Assembly: GCA_964344235.1 (NCBI GenBank) | Contig: CAYFMJ010000001.1 | Coordinates: forward strand, 192,001 to 256,000 | DNA: 64,000 nucleotides | Source of the DNA: an uncultured Methanosarcinales archaeon | Lineage (GTDB): Archaea; Nanobdellota; Nanobdellia; Woesearchaeales; GW2011-AR9 | Direction: 5' to 3' | Shown here: in pieces, positions 37,908 to 46,875 of the stretch | Position numbering within the stretch: position 1 is the stretch's first letter | Layout: every line of letters begins with the position of its first letter | Position numbers and translations under genes: made by a program | The notes under the pieces: model-generated | Told to the model about the DNA's origin: nothing | The model's input: only the letters and a program-made list of their open reading frames with translations | Database searches by the model: none

Positions 37908-37917
37908 CTTTTTAAAA
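37908..37917 (+). promoter_or_regulatory. TATA box upstream of the structured region and rpl34e
   Basis: GAAAG-CTTTTTAAAA; the same motif occurs upstream of rps3ae (about 58976-58988). Confidence 0.6.
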
Positions 37918-37935
37918 GAGTGTTGTTCTGATATA

Positions 37936-38126
37936 GTGTCTCGATAGAGATAGACAATGAGGCGACTCGGTCAAGTAATGTTTACTTCTGAGATTGCTTT
38001 GTCTAAAAATCCTATTGCGCGTACTGGGACACCACACTTCGTATGGCAACCCAGATACGCTTCATCTGGCCATGCCATGATTACCTTCGGTAACCAATGG
38101 CAATCATGGCACAGACGGATTTTTAG
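37936..38126 (+). ncRNA. Candidate structured RNA / 5' leader of rpl34e-rpl14e
   Basis: Helices AGACAA/TTGTCT, AGGCGA/TTGCTT (G-U), CTCGG/CTGAG, AAGTAA/TTACTT, CTAAAAATCC/GGATTTTTAG, GCGTA-CTGGG/CCCAG-TACGC, TGCCATGATT/AATCATGGCA. Confidence 0.55.
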
Positions 38127-38150
38127 TTAACAGATGTGAGGATAATAAAA

Positions 38151-38426
38151 ATGCCACGAGGAATGTTTAAATCAGGACGATTACGGAAAATCTTTGTACG
38201 GACGCCTGGAGCAAAAACTGTTGTTCATTACAGACAGCGGAAGCCCAGTAAAGCAGTGTGTGCAAATTGTAAGAAACAGCTAGCAGGAGTTCCACGAGAA
38301 CTTCCCGCAAAGATGCGGAACATGCCCAAAACGGCTAAACGGCCAGAACGACCGTTTGGTGGAGTTTTGTGTTCAGTATGTATGAGAAATAGAATGAAAC
38401 AACAGGCACGAGGTGGGGCACAATGA
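38151..38426 (+). CDS. rpl34e: 50S ribosomal protein eL34
   Basis: VRTPGAKTVVHY, CANC...L.GVP, KRPERPFGGVLCSVC. Confidence 0.96.
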   Translation: MPRGMFKSGRLRKIFVRTPGAKTVVHYRQRKPSKAVCANCKKQLAGVPRELPAKMRNMPKTAKRPERPFGGVLCSVCMRNRMKQQARGGAQ

Positions 38427-38857
38427 GTATCTTTGATGTAGGAAGAGTATGTGTAAAGCTTGCTGGTCGAGATGCTGGTAAGAAATGTGTTGTTGTTGAA
38501 AATCACGGTAATTTTGTATTAGTTGATGGTTCAACACGAAGACGGAAGGTTAACGTAAACCACTTAGAACCGCTTGACCAAACCGTTTCTTTGAAAAGTG
38601 GTGCTTCGCATGCGGATGTTGCAAAGGAATTCGAGAAGCTTGGCTTACCAGTATGGGAGAAGAAGAGTAAGAAACCTGCTGAACGACAGAAGAAGCAGAA
38701 AGTTAAGAAGACAAAAGCTCCTAAAGCAGCGAAGAAGGCTGAGAAGAAGGAAGCTCCTGCAAAGGTTGAAGAAACAGCTACAGAAGAAGCAAGTGTTGAG
38801 GCAGCAGTTGAGAATGCAGAAGAAGTGAAAGATGTTGTGGAAGAGAAGAAAGGATAA
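38423..38857 (+). CDS. rpl14e: 50S ribosomal protein eL14 with K/E/A-rich tail
   Basis: VGRVCVKLAGRDAGKKCVVV, RRKVNVNHLEP. Confidence 0.95.
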   Translation: MSIFDVGRVCVKLAGRDAGKKCVVVENHGNFVLVDGSTRRRKVNVNHLEPLDQTVSLKSGASHADVAKEFEKLGLPVWEKKSKKPAERQKKQKVKKTKAPKAAKKAEKKEAPAKVEETATEEASVEAAVENAEEVKDVVEEKKG

Positions 38858-38878
38858 ACTTTCTTCGGAGGAAATACA

Positions 38879-39353
38879 ATATCAGATGATAATAGAAAAG
38901 TATTGTTTGTGGATGACCTTAGCAATATCCCTTACGAAAAAAGGCGCCTCTCAAGAGAACTTCCGGGCCAAATTGACTATGCTGGTTCAATCAGAAGCAC
39001 GTGAAGCTATAGGTGGGGCCAACTATGCGGTTGTTTTAGTTGACCCTTCTGTTGATGAAATTAATGAGATTACTGACGGAGAATACATCGAATTGGATAG
39101 AATAGACCGTGGTGGCCATGGTTTTGGTAGGCCAAGATCTAATAGGCAGTCCGGTAGAGAATTACTTCAACGTGGCCTTGATTTCATGGCAGAAGCAAGA
39201 GGTTCAGGGGCTTACGTTATATTGGCTCATTTCCTTGATCACGGGAGAGAGTCCACTTTAACTTCTGATTTTGATGCATCCATTGGTAAGCCATACAATG
39301 GTGATGAGCTAGTTAGGGTAATCAGAGAAGGATTAAGTTCACATCAAAGATAA
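38879..39353 (+). pseudogene. Receiver (REC)-domain gene split by a +1 frameshift, with ATA at the expected start
   Basis: After GGAGG (38867-71), one frame reads ISDDNRKVLFVDD...IDYAGS (stop 39002-04). The next frame continues SEAREAIGGANYAVVLVDP...SIGKPYNGDELVRVIREGL. Confidence 0.65.
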
Positions 39354-39358
39354 TTTTA

Positions 39359-41005
39359 TTATTTTATATTCTCGTATAATGTTTCCAGATTAAGTTCCAA
39401 TGCAGTTACCGGTACGATGATCTCCCAATTTGTTAAAACTTGCGGATGGATTTCTCCAAGAACCCCGATAACTTTTTTGTTTATGAGAATATTAGCAGCC
39501 CGTCCAGCAATGTAACTTGGATGGTCAGTCTCTTCTACACGTATCTCTACACCTAAATTGTCGGCAAATGCTTGCAATATTTGTTTTATTTCCGTGAAAT
39601 CTGTAGTTTCATGACATAATGTTACGGCAAGTGTCTCTGTTTCTTTAATTCCAGTGTCAGCATCGCCGCCAGGTGAAAAAGTTCTGCCTATTTCAAACAT
39701 ATTTTGTGGATATTCGTGATGTTGGTTAATGGTTAATGTTTTAAGTAGGCTAGGTAAGATTGCGTTCCGTAGATGGTCCTGTTCTCCTAAAGCGTTTTTT
39801 AGTGGAATTAATGGGCAATCTGTCCCCATTTTGCCATTAAGGTCAGATTCTGTTGCAAGATGGTAGTTCTTTGCTTCAGTTAATTGTAATCCAATAAGAA
39901 TTTGTCTGATTTTTGCTGCGAATTTCTCTAGCGGTGCCTCTTCTCCGATGGTGGAGACGTTAGGAATCTCTTCTTTAAAGTTTTCGTAACCATATGCAAT
40001 TGCAATATCTTCCACAAAGTCAGCTTGATGTAAAATATCTGAACGGTAGGCTGGGATTAGGACGTTACCGTCTTTGTAGCCGAAACCCATTCTCTCAAGA
40101 AGATTTTGTGCTTCTTGTTCTTTGAGATTTAGGCCGAGACGTTTATTTACATAATCTAGATCAAGTTTCATTTCTTTTGGTGTTAAATTAGGGGTTGTCT
40201 TAGTTTCCTTACCATATTCCAGAGTAAGGGTTTCAATCGTTCCGCCCATATCTGCTAATGCGGTGACAACCATATTAAGGCAAAGACTCAGTGTGTTGAA
40301 ATCAAATCCAGAACATTCGATGAACAGATCTTTTGTTTCATCTGTTACACAGCCAATAGTTTGTGAATTAATGATTGGTGGCATACTTAAGATATTGTCA
40401 GCCGCATCGATGAAGAAAGGATATTTTTGTTTTCCCTCTAATAAGTGTGCGTATTCTTTGCCTTTAGGGTGTTCTTCCAAAATGCGGTCTGCACTGATTG
40501 CTTTCGGAAAATCTAACGGTTGGAACGTAATGTTTTTCGGTTTGTCCGCTTTGTAGGTTATTGGGAACACAATTTTATCTAACGGATAGATGCCAATAGC
40601 ACACTTCTTTCTGTTTCTACCAAAGGTTACATGGAGTTTTTCTTGGATTTGAATGATTTCCCGTAATTTTTCTTCGTCAATGGTAATGTTTTTGATAATG
40701 GCACATGCAGTTTTCGGTCTGACTCCATCAACGCTAGGGTCAATGATTATTTTTTGGTTGCTAGGAGTGTTGTTGTATTGTTTTAACCCTGTATTTACAC
40801 CAATAAATGAGCTGAATGCCCTCGCAAAGCCTTGTTCCGATAAGAGATCCGGTCTGTTAGGGAAGATTTCTACGTGAATTTCATCTCCTTCAATGCCTTC
40901 AAGATCTGTTCCTAGCATAGAGATACGGTCTTTGAGCTCCTCGAGAGGCAACGTTTTTCCTACTAACTCTTCAAAGACTGTTTTGTTTAATGTTACTGTT
41001 GGCAT
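39359..41005 (-). CDS. pheT: Phenylalanyl-tRNA synthetase beta subunit
   Basis: EIFPNRPDLLS, SMPPIINS, P.YRSDILH..D..EDIAIAYGY. Confidence 0.97.
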   Translation of the reverse strand: MPTVTLNKTVFEELVGKTLPLEELKDRISMLGTDLEGIEGDEIHVEIFPNRPDLLSEQGFARAFSSFIGVNTGLKQYNNTPSNQKIIIDPSVDGVRPKTACAIIKNITIDEEKLREIIQIQEKLHVTFGRNRKKCAIGIYPLDKIVFPITYKADKPKNITFQPLDFPKAISADRILEEHPKGKEYAHLLEGKQKYPFFIDAADNILSMPPIINSQTIGCVTDETKDLFIECSGFDFNTLSLCLNMVVTALADMGGTIETLTLEYGKETKTTPNLTPKEMKLDLDYVNKRLGLNLKEQEAQNLLERMGFGYKDGNVLIPAYRSDILHQADFVEDIAIAYGYENFKEEIPNVSTIGEEAPLEKFAAKIRQILIGLQLTEAKNYHLATESDLNGKMGTDCPLIPLKNALGEQDHLRNAILPSLLKTLTINQHHEYPQNMFEIGRTFSPGGDADTGIKETETLAVTLCHETTDFTEIKQILQAFADNLGVEIRVEETDHPSYIAGRAANILINKKVIGVLGEIHPQVLTNWEIIVPVTALELNLETLYENIK

Positions 41006-41394
41006 GTTATCTCTAATTCTTTGTAATTTGTTTCTGGATCTAGTGTTCTGTGAAATTGAAAGGTGTTTTCGGTTCCGATTACGACTTCAGCAGTTGTGCA
41101 CACTATTGCCTCTTTAAGGTGGCCCCCGATTGTTTTACCTGTTCTGTCTGAAACTGATAGGTGAAGATGAACACCATTTTGTGAAAGTGTTCCTACAAGT
41201 GAAGTTATCTCATATGTTTCTTCAAACTTTGCTTCGGTGTTGTCTGCTAACCGTAGCACGACTTGTTTTACACTTCCAACACAGGTTATAATGAAACCTG
41301 CTTTTAGTTCTTCTTTTGCTGTAAATGTTTCCAATTCTGTTCTCATTTCTTGATTTGGTCTTAGTCGTAGCGCGTGTGTTTTCACTTCAACCAC
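40993..41394 (-). CDS. PPC/DUF296 domain protein
   Basis: LRLRPNQE, TCVGSV, EITSLVGTL, HLHLSVSD..G.TIGGHL. Confidence 0.92.
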   Translation of the reverse strand: MVEVKTHALRLRPNQEMRTELETFTAKEELKAGFIITCVGSVKQVVLRLADNTEAKFEETYEITSLVGTLSQNGVHLHLSVSDRTGKTIGGHLKEAIVCTTAEVVIGTENTFQFHRTLDPETNYKELEITCQQ

Positions 41395-42902
41395 ACTCTC
41401 ATTTCACGTAATTGTTTAATGTCATTCCGATACAAATTTCGAATATCAGTAATGTTCCAATATTCTGCGATAATCCTCCCCATCCCCTGGCCCCAGGCTA
41501 AGACGGGGCAATCAAAGCCGAGAAGTGGTTTCACTACTTCCGGACGGAAGATACCAGCTCCACCTAACTCTACCCATTCTTTCTTGACAGGATGGAAGAC
41601 ATCGACTTCCAAGCTAGGTTTAGTATATGGAAAGTGTGCGGGTCGCATTCTAACTTTTGGGAAACCCATTTTTTTGTAGAATTGGGTTAAATAACCTTTC
41701 AAATGTTTTAAGTTTGCATTAGGGTCAACAACAATACCATCAATTTGATAGAATTCAAATAAGTGTTTCCAATCTAAATCTTCATTTCTGAACACTTTAC
41801 CTACGTTAAAGAACTTAGCGGGTAGGTCTTCTTTCTTGAGTGTTGCGAGTGTTTGTGCTGATAGCACAGTAGTGTGGGTTCTCAGCAGTAACTGTTTTGC
41901 TTCGTCTTCTGAGAAGCTATATTGCCATCCAGTGCTGCCGGTGTCCCCACCATTTTCGTGAACTTCTTTGATTTTTTCCCAGATTTTTGGTAGAGTCGCT
42001 TGACCTTCTACGTAAAATGTGTCCTGCATTTCTCGGGCAGGATGGTCTTGTGGTACGAATAATGCGTCTAAATCCCAGAATGCAGATTGGACGTAATTAC
42101 CGCTCATTTCTTTGAAGCCCATGTCTAGCCAGATTCGCTTGATATATTCAATTGCTTCCGTAACAAAGTGTTTTTTGCCACCGTTAATTTTTGGAACGTT
42201 AATCTCTACGTCATACGCACGGAATTGTTTATCCTGCCATTCTCCCGTTTTTAACATGCCAGACGTGAGGCGGTTGACGACTTCTCCTGCGAGGTCTGCG
42301 TTTGCGATTATGGTGCCGTCTTCTGTTAAGGTAATTGTTGTTTCTTTGCTTTCTTCTATTTTGATGAATTGTTTTCGCCGCTTGAGGTCTTTGATAAGTT
42401 CTTTTTCCGCTTTTGTTAGATCGACAGTGTTAATGGGGAATTCTTTTTGAAGAAATTCTTCCTCTGGTTGCGGGGTTGCAAGAAATGTTTCTCCAACCTC
42501 TGTTATTTTGACTTGCAGTGTTTCGTCTTTCTTCGTTTCGATAGCGTTTTTACGTTTTAGTAAACCGAGACAGGCATTAACTTCTTCGCGGGACAATTTC
42601 GATTTTTTGGTAATGATGTTAAGCCCTTTGAATTCGTTGCTAAGAGCGCCGAGGAATGCTTTCTCTGGCACGCCGTGGTGTTTGTAGAGTTTACCGTTTT
42701 TGTCTAAGGAGACTCTTTCAATCTTCTTAGAATGGATCTTGAGCAGTTGTTTATTTTCTAGCCATTGCAATGCTCGAGTGACTTCTACTTCACTGAGTTT
42801 GGTCGCTTTTGCTATCGCTGAGAGTTCTGTATGGTCTCGTAATGCAGGTAAAACAACTCGTTCTAATGGGTGTAATTTAGCGATAATTTTAGCTGAATCC
42901 AT
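41382..42902 (-). CDS. pheS: Phenylalanyl-tRNA synthetase alpha subunit (archaeal long form)
   Basis: QDHPAREMQDTFY, LRTHTT, KVFRNE, EFYQIDG, GGAGIFRPE, AWGQG. Confidence 0.97.
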   Translation of the reverse strand: MDSAKIIAKLHPLERVVLPALRDHTELSAIAKATKLSEVEVTRALQWLENKQLLKIHSKKIERVSLDKNGKLYKHHGVPEKAFLGALSNEFKGLNIITKKSKLSREEVNACLGLLKRKNAIETKKDETLQVKITEVGETFLATPQPEEEFLQKEFPINTVDLTKAEKELIKDLKRRKQFIKIEESKETTITLTEDGTIIANADLAGEVVNRLTSGMLKTGEWQDKQFRAYDVEINVPKINGGKKHFVTEAIEYIKRIWLDMGFKEMSGNYVQSAFWDLDALFVPQDHPAREMQDTFYVEGQATLPKIWEKIKEVHENGGDTGSTGWQYSFSEDEAKQLLLRTHTTVLSAQTLATLKKEDLPAKFFNVGKVFRNEDLDWKHLFEFYQIDGIVVDPNANLKHLKGYLTQFYKKMGFPKVRMRPAHFPYTKPSLEVDVFHPVKKEWVELGGAGIFRPEVVKPLLGFDCPVLAWGQGMGRIIAEYWNITDIRNLYRNDIKQLREMRVWLK

Positions 42903-43006
42903 TGCTATTTAGAATGATGGTTGCTTTATAAAATTAATGGGGTTGGTTTTTGTTGTAATGTTTCGAGAAGATAAATTGTTTTAAATCTGAAGGGAATACC
43001 TTTACT

Positions 43007-44101
43007 ATGTTTGATCCTCATTGGCATGCACGTGATGGTGTACAGCGCCATAAAGAAACGGTTGAACACTCTCTGCGTGTAGCATATGCAGCGGGATTGG
43101 ATGCCATTGCAGCGATGCCGAATACTGCTCCTCCGTTAGTAGATTTAGATTCTTGCCGGAACTATTTGAAGTTGACAGAAGGTTCCAATGTTCCCGTACG
43201 TTTTTATGTTCATATTGGATTAACGCCAGATGTAGAGCAAGTGAAACGAGCTGTTGAGGCGTGGAGGCAAGAGCCAAGAATTATTGGCATGAAGGCGTAT
43301 TGGGGAAGGTCAACAGGGAATTTAGGTATTGTTGACAGAAATGATCAATTTCGTGTACTAAATGTGCTTGCTGAAGAGGGATATACTGGTGTTTTAGTGA
43401 GTCATTGTGAGAAAGAGGCGGAAATGGATGATACAGCGTATGATCCAAAAAACCCTCGAACGTGGAGTACACTGGCTCGGCCGGAGAGCGCAGAGATTCA
43501 ATCTTTTAGAGATATCTTTCTTGCTGCTACTGTCGCTCGGTTTCGAGGAACGGTTCATGTGGCTCATGTGAGTACGACGGAGGTCGTTGATACGATTCAT
43601 GATTATAATCAGAACTTGACACAAGACGATGTTGGTGATACTGTTCTGCTGAGTTGTGGGATTACGCCACATCATTTATTTCTTGATTATACAAAACTTG
43701 ATGACCCTCAAACAGGTCCGTGGTACAAATGCAATCCACCGTTACGGTCACCGGAAACGCAGCAACGTTTGTTGCAAAGGTTGTTGGAAGGCAAGATACC
43801 AATAATTGAAAGTGATCATGCTCCTCATACAAAAGATGATAAAAATCAGGGGATGCCTGCCTCAGGCTTAGCGAGTGGCACTGCTTGGCCGTTTGTTGTG
43901 GAACATCTGAAGCAGTTAGGAATGTCAAAAGAGAGAGTTCGGGAAGTTACATTTGAGAATGCCGTTAGATTGTATGGTCTTGGTGGAGACTTGAGAGTTT
44001 TTGGTTATGAAAGGCGTGATCCTAATTTGCAAGTGTTGAAAGCGTTGCAGGGAGATTATCCTCACGACCCATTTGTAGATATGTTTAAAGTAGAAGACTA
44101 G
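43007..44101 (+). CDS. pyrC: Dihydroorotase
   Basis: DPHWHARD, AMPNT, HCE, HVAHVST, TPHHLF, KCNPPLR, SDHAPH. Confidence 0.9.
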   Translation: MFDPHWHARDGVQRHKETVEHSLRVAYAAGLDAIAAMPNTAPPLVDLDSCRNYLKLTEGSNVPVRFYVHIGLTPDVEQVKRAVEAWRQEPRIIGMKAYWGRSTGNLGIVDRNDQFRVLNVLAEEGYTGVLVSHCEKEAEMDDTAYDPKNPRTWSTLARPESAEIQSFRDIFLAATVARFRGTVHVAHVSTTEVVDTIHDYNQNLTQDDVGDTVLLSCGITPHHLFLDYTKLDDPQTGPWYKCNPPLRSPETQQRLLQRLLEGKIPIIESDHAPHTKDDKNQGMPASGLASGTAWPFVVEHLKQLGMSKERVREVTFENAVRLYGLGGDLRVFGYERRDPNLQVLKALQGDYPHDPFVDMFKVED

Positions 44102-44721
44102 TTCCGTATGACCTTAATTCTCTCAATAGTTTTGGTCCTTTGAATATCAGGGGTGTGGGTATTTGGACAAGAAACGTTGAGTTCGTACCTATCAACGAGG
44201 TGAACAAGCTTTGTCATATTGATTGTTCTCGCTAAATCATGAAGGGCTTCATCTCCACTTTTCTGTGGCGTGGGCATGAGATTAATTGTTAGTGGAACAC
44301 CATGTTTTTCGTAACTATCTAATCTTGCGGCAATCTCTTCAGCGCCGTCTCCTGGTAAACCCATCCAATTAATCATAGAATGGGTTGCGGGATAGCGAGT
44401 AATCGTTGGGCGGGGATTGCCGGGCCAAGGATCTGCTGTTACTGTTCCTACGACGACTCTATCAAAGCCAAGATAATGAAGAACTGTTGGGGGGATCTCG
44501 CCATTTTTATTGAAACCAGCGGCATTTGATAATTCGAACATTAGTCTTGGATCGTTTGTTGGGTTATCAAGAACGAGGCGCTCTAGCCCTACTGCGTGTA
44601 GTTGCTGCGCTGCTGTGACAAATAATTCGTGTGCTACTTGTGGGTCTCTTCTTGTAGCATGAAAAAGAGCTGGTTTAAAGAGCTCGTAGCCAATTTCCAC
44701 TGCACGTCGTACGAGGTTCAT
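44098..44721 (-). pseudogene. pyrD: Dihydroorotate dehydrogenase, C-terminally truncated
   Basis: NAAGFNKNG, GTVT..P..GNPRP, INWMGL, ELNVSCPNT, then a stop 18 codons later; the K-x-x-P and GG.SG motifs of the second half are absent. Confidence 0.75.
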
Positions 44722-44793
44722 GCTTCGTGAAGAATGAGTGAACGTTTATAACAATTTAGATAGTAAGAAATAAAGAAAAGAAACTAGGAAGAA

Positions 44794-45588
44794 TTATTTA
44801 TTCTTCCACATGGTATCAAACATTTGATCCATGGCTGTGGTGAAGTATGGTGTTTTTACCCATACTCCTAAATCGTAGGATGGGTGGACTTCATTATCAT
44901 CCATGGTCATGAATACCATGTCGGCATTGTCAACAGTAACAAACCGTGATTTGATTTTTTCGTTATGTTTGACTTCAGCAACGCCTTTCAAGCTGTCTGC
45001 AACTTTTCGGTTTTCTTTGGTTAATGGAGCGGCAATTCTTACTTTTACGCCGCGTTTCTTTGCTCTTTCTAAACTGGAACGTAAGCCTTCTGCTTTTCGC
45101 ATGAAGCCTTTATCAGAAGTCATGATGTTAACACTTTTCTTTGCGTTTTTAATTAACAGATCAAGATGGTTGTAAAGGTTGTTACGACCTCTTAAACATC
45201 CACTCATTTCAGATGGTTCAACAAGTGAAATGCCGTTTGTATGGAGAGTTTCTAATTCAGTCATTAATGGAGAACTTTTAACTGTATCGAGTCGTTTTAC
45301 TTTCTCAAGGGCATCAGCATGCATGTTCTTTTTTACTCTGTCAACAACTTCTGTTGGAGGGATGGCAATGTATTTGATTGGTTTCCCTAACTTCATAACA
45401 ACGAAGCCTTTCTTCTCTAAGCTTTCAAGAACGTCGTAACTTCGCGAACGTGGAACGTCTGCAATGTCAGAAAGCTCTCCTGCGGTGGAAACGCCTCGGC
45501 TTAGTAACGCCGTCCATAATTTTACTTCGTACAAATTCAAGTCGAAGTATCTTCGTAATTTGCTTAATAATTCATCTTTTACTATCAT
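44794..45588 (-). CDS. TrmB-family transcriptional regulator
   Basis: LNLYEVKLWTALL, ELSDIADVPRSRSYDVLESLEKKGFV, KPIKYIAIPP. Confidence 0.93.
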   Translation of the reverse strand: MIVKDELLSKLRRYFDLNLYEVKLWTALLSRGVSTAGELSDIADVPRSRSYDVLESLEKKGFVVMKLGKPIKYIAIPPTEVVDRVKKNMHADALEKVKRLDTVKSSPLMTELETLHTNGISLVEPSEMSGCLRGRNNLYNHLDLLIKNAKKSVNIMTSDKGFMRKAEGLRSSLERAKKRGVKVRIAAPLTKENRKVADSLKGVAEVKHNEKIKSRFVTVDNADMVFMTMDDNEVHPSYDLGVWVKTPYFTTAMDQMFDTMWKNK

Positions 45589-45790
45589 TTTTAACAACCC
45601 CTCCTTTTTTGGTGTGGCATAGAACCTCTACCCAAAAAGGCCCGATGCATGCGTGATTTTGTTTTTTGTTACTAGGTCATCAGTAACACGGACTACTATT
45701 AAAAGGTTGTGGTTTTGCATCATATAGCTTTTTTGCGTTTTTATCGTCGAGAAGTTGGAAAATAGATACAGAATTATATGGTTTATATGG

Positions 45791-46834
45791 TTATATTTTG
45801 TACCTTAGAATAGCAGCAATACCGCCTAAACCATTGAGCTTTTTTCCGGGTTCGTTATCTGAAGAAAGAATATGGATGTCTCCTTGTAGTGCATCTATTT
45901 GTTTTAACTGCTCATCAAGTTCGTGGTACGAATTATCTTCCCGTTTCTTTTTAATGAATTCATCCGTAACTAATAATGAGCGGACTGCACCGGCCTGAAT
46001 TGCCTGCTGGGATTCTTTCCAACCATATGCAGCGAGGTTATTTTTCTGAATTTCTTTGAGTAGTTCTTCCACTAATATTTGTTCTTGCCGTACTCTACTA
46101 TTTTTCAGTGTTTGTTTCAACTCTGGACGTTTGAGTGTTTCATCTAAGGAGCGTTCGCTCACATCGGAACACGTTGCAAGTGTGATTTTACTCTGCAGTT
46201 CTTGGTTTTTTATTTTTTTCAATAAGTCTTCTTTATAGAATGCAGGTGACGCTACGATAATTGCTTCAGGGTTATGACGGTCGTTGTACACTTCCAGTGC
46301 TTTTGTTAATTCATCATGAAATTGTTTTTTAATTGTTACATCTTTGTTTTTCTTTGGTACATCTCCTTTGATCTTTACAAGAACTTCATACCCAAACTTC
46401 TTTGTGAGTGCGAAGATAGCTTCTTCTCTATCAAATATAAGGAGGAGGTAGTTGTATTTTTGTTGTGCTGCTTCTTTAAGCCGTTGTTTTTGAAAGCTTA
46501 ACCAGATGGGTTTTTGAATAGTGATGTCGGAGCGTTCTTCAATCGGAATAGCGTGGTAACTGTCTTTCGGAATATCTTCGGGTCCTTCTTTGATTTTACC
46601 ATTAACCCTTACTGAGGTGTCAGTGAGCTCAACCGTTTCTGCTTCGATTGTTAGCGTAAGCGTTTTTTTTACGGTCTTTGCGTTTCCAGAGCCTCCAATC
46701 TTTAGTTTTCTCGTGGTTTTTCCTTTGACTAAATCGCCTGGTTCGATGATGTGTGATAAGTACCATAAGTCATCGGGATCAGTAACTCGTAAAGAGACTA
46801 GTCCTGTTTTGAAGTTTGATTTAGAGATGTTCAT
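45791..46834 (-). CDS. pelA: Pelota/Dom34 ribosome-rescue factor
   Basis: DDLWYLSHII..GD.V...TTRK, ASPAFYKE, YGWKE...A...GAV, L.GLGGIAAILRY. Confidence 0.95.
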   Translation of the reverse strand: MNISKSNFKTGLVSLRVTDPDDLWYLSHIIEPGDLVKGKTTRKLKIGGSGNAKTVKKTLTLTIEAETVELTDTSVRVNGKIKEGPEDIPKDSYHAIPIEERSDITIQKPIWLSFQKQRLKEAAQQKYNYLLLIFDREEAIFALTKKFGYEVLVKIKGDVPKKNKDVTIKKQFHDELTKALEVYNDRHNPEAIIVASPAFYKEDLLKKIKNQELQSKITLATCSDVSERSLDETLKRPELKQTLKNSRVRQEQILVEELLKEIQKNNLAAYGWKESQQAIQAGAVRSLLVTDEFIKKKREDNSYHELDEQLKQIDALQGDIHILSSDNEPGKKLNGLGGIAAILRYKI

Positions 46835-46875
46835 GGTGGTTGGAGAAGTGCTTTGCTATAAAATGGTTTTGGAAC

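Noticed and set aside
37936-38126. SRP (7S) RNA, C/D or H/ACA guide identity for the structured region
   Set aside because: No helix-8 CAGG/GNRA/AGCA motif, no RUGAUGA/CUGA boxes, no clear ACA-tailed K-loop hairpin; too short for 7S.
37957-38130. 57-codon ORF (MRRLGQVMFTSE...) inside the structured region
   Set aside because: No SD, no recognisable motif, atypical composition; extensive base pairing explains the region better. Not fully excluded as a leader peptide.
21762-38925. Many minus-strand and off-frame ORFs in the ribosomal superoperon (e.g. 23058..23585, 24188..24679, 25435..26064, 28889..29323, 38503..38925)
   Set aside because: Antisense or alternate-frame shadows of well-supported r-protein genes; F/S-rich because they mirror E/K codons.
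39002-39004. TGA read-through (selenocysteine or recoding) in the REC N-terminal frame
   Set aside because: REC similarity continues in a different frame, so a frameshift rather than read-through is needed. Other genes use TGA as a normal stop.
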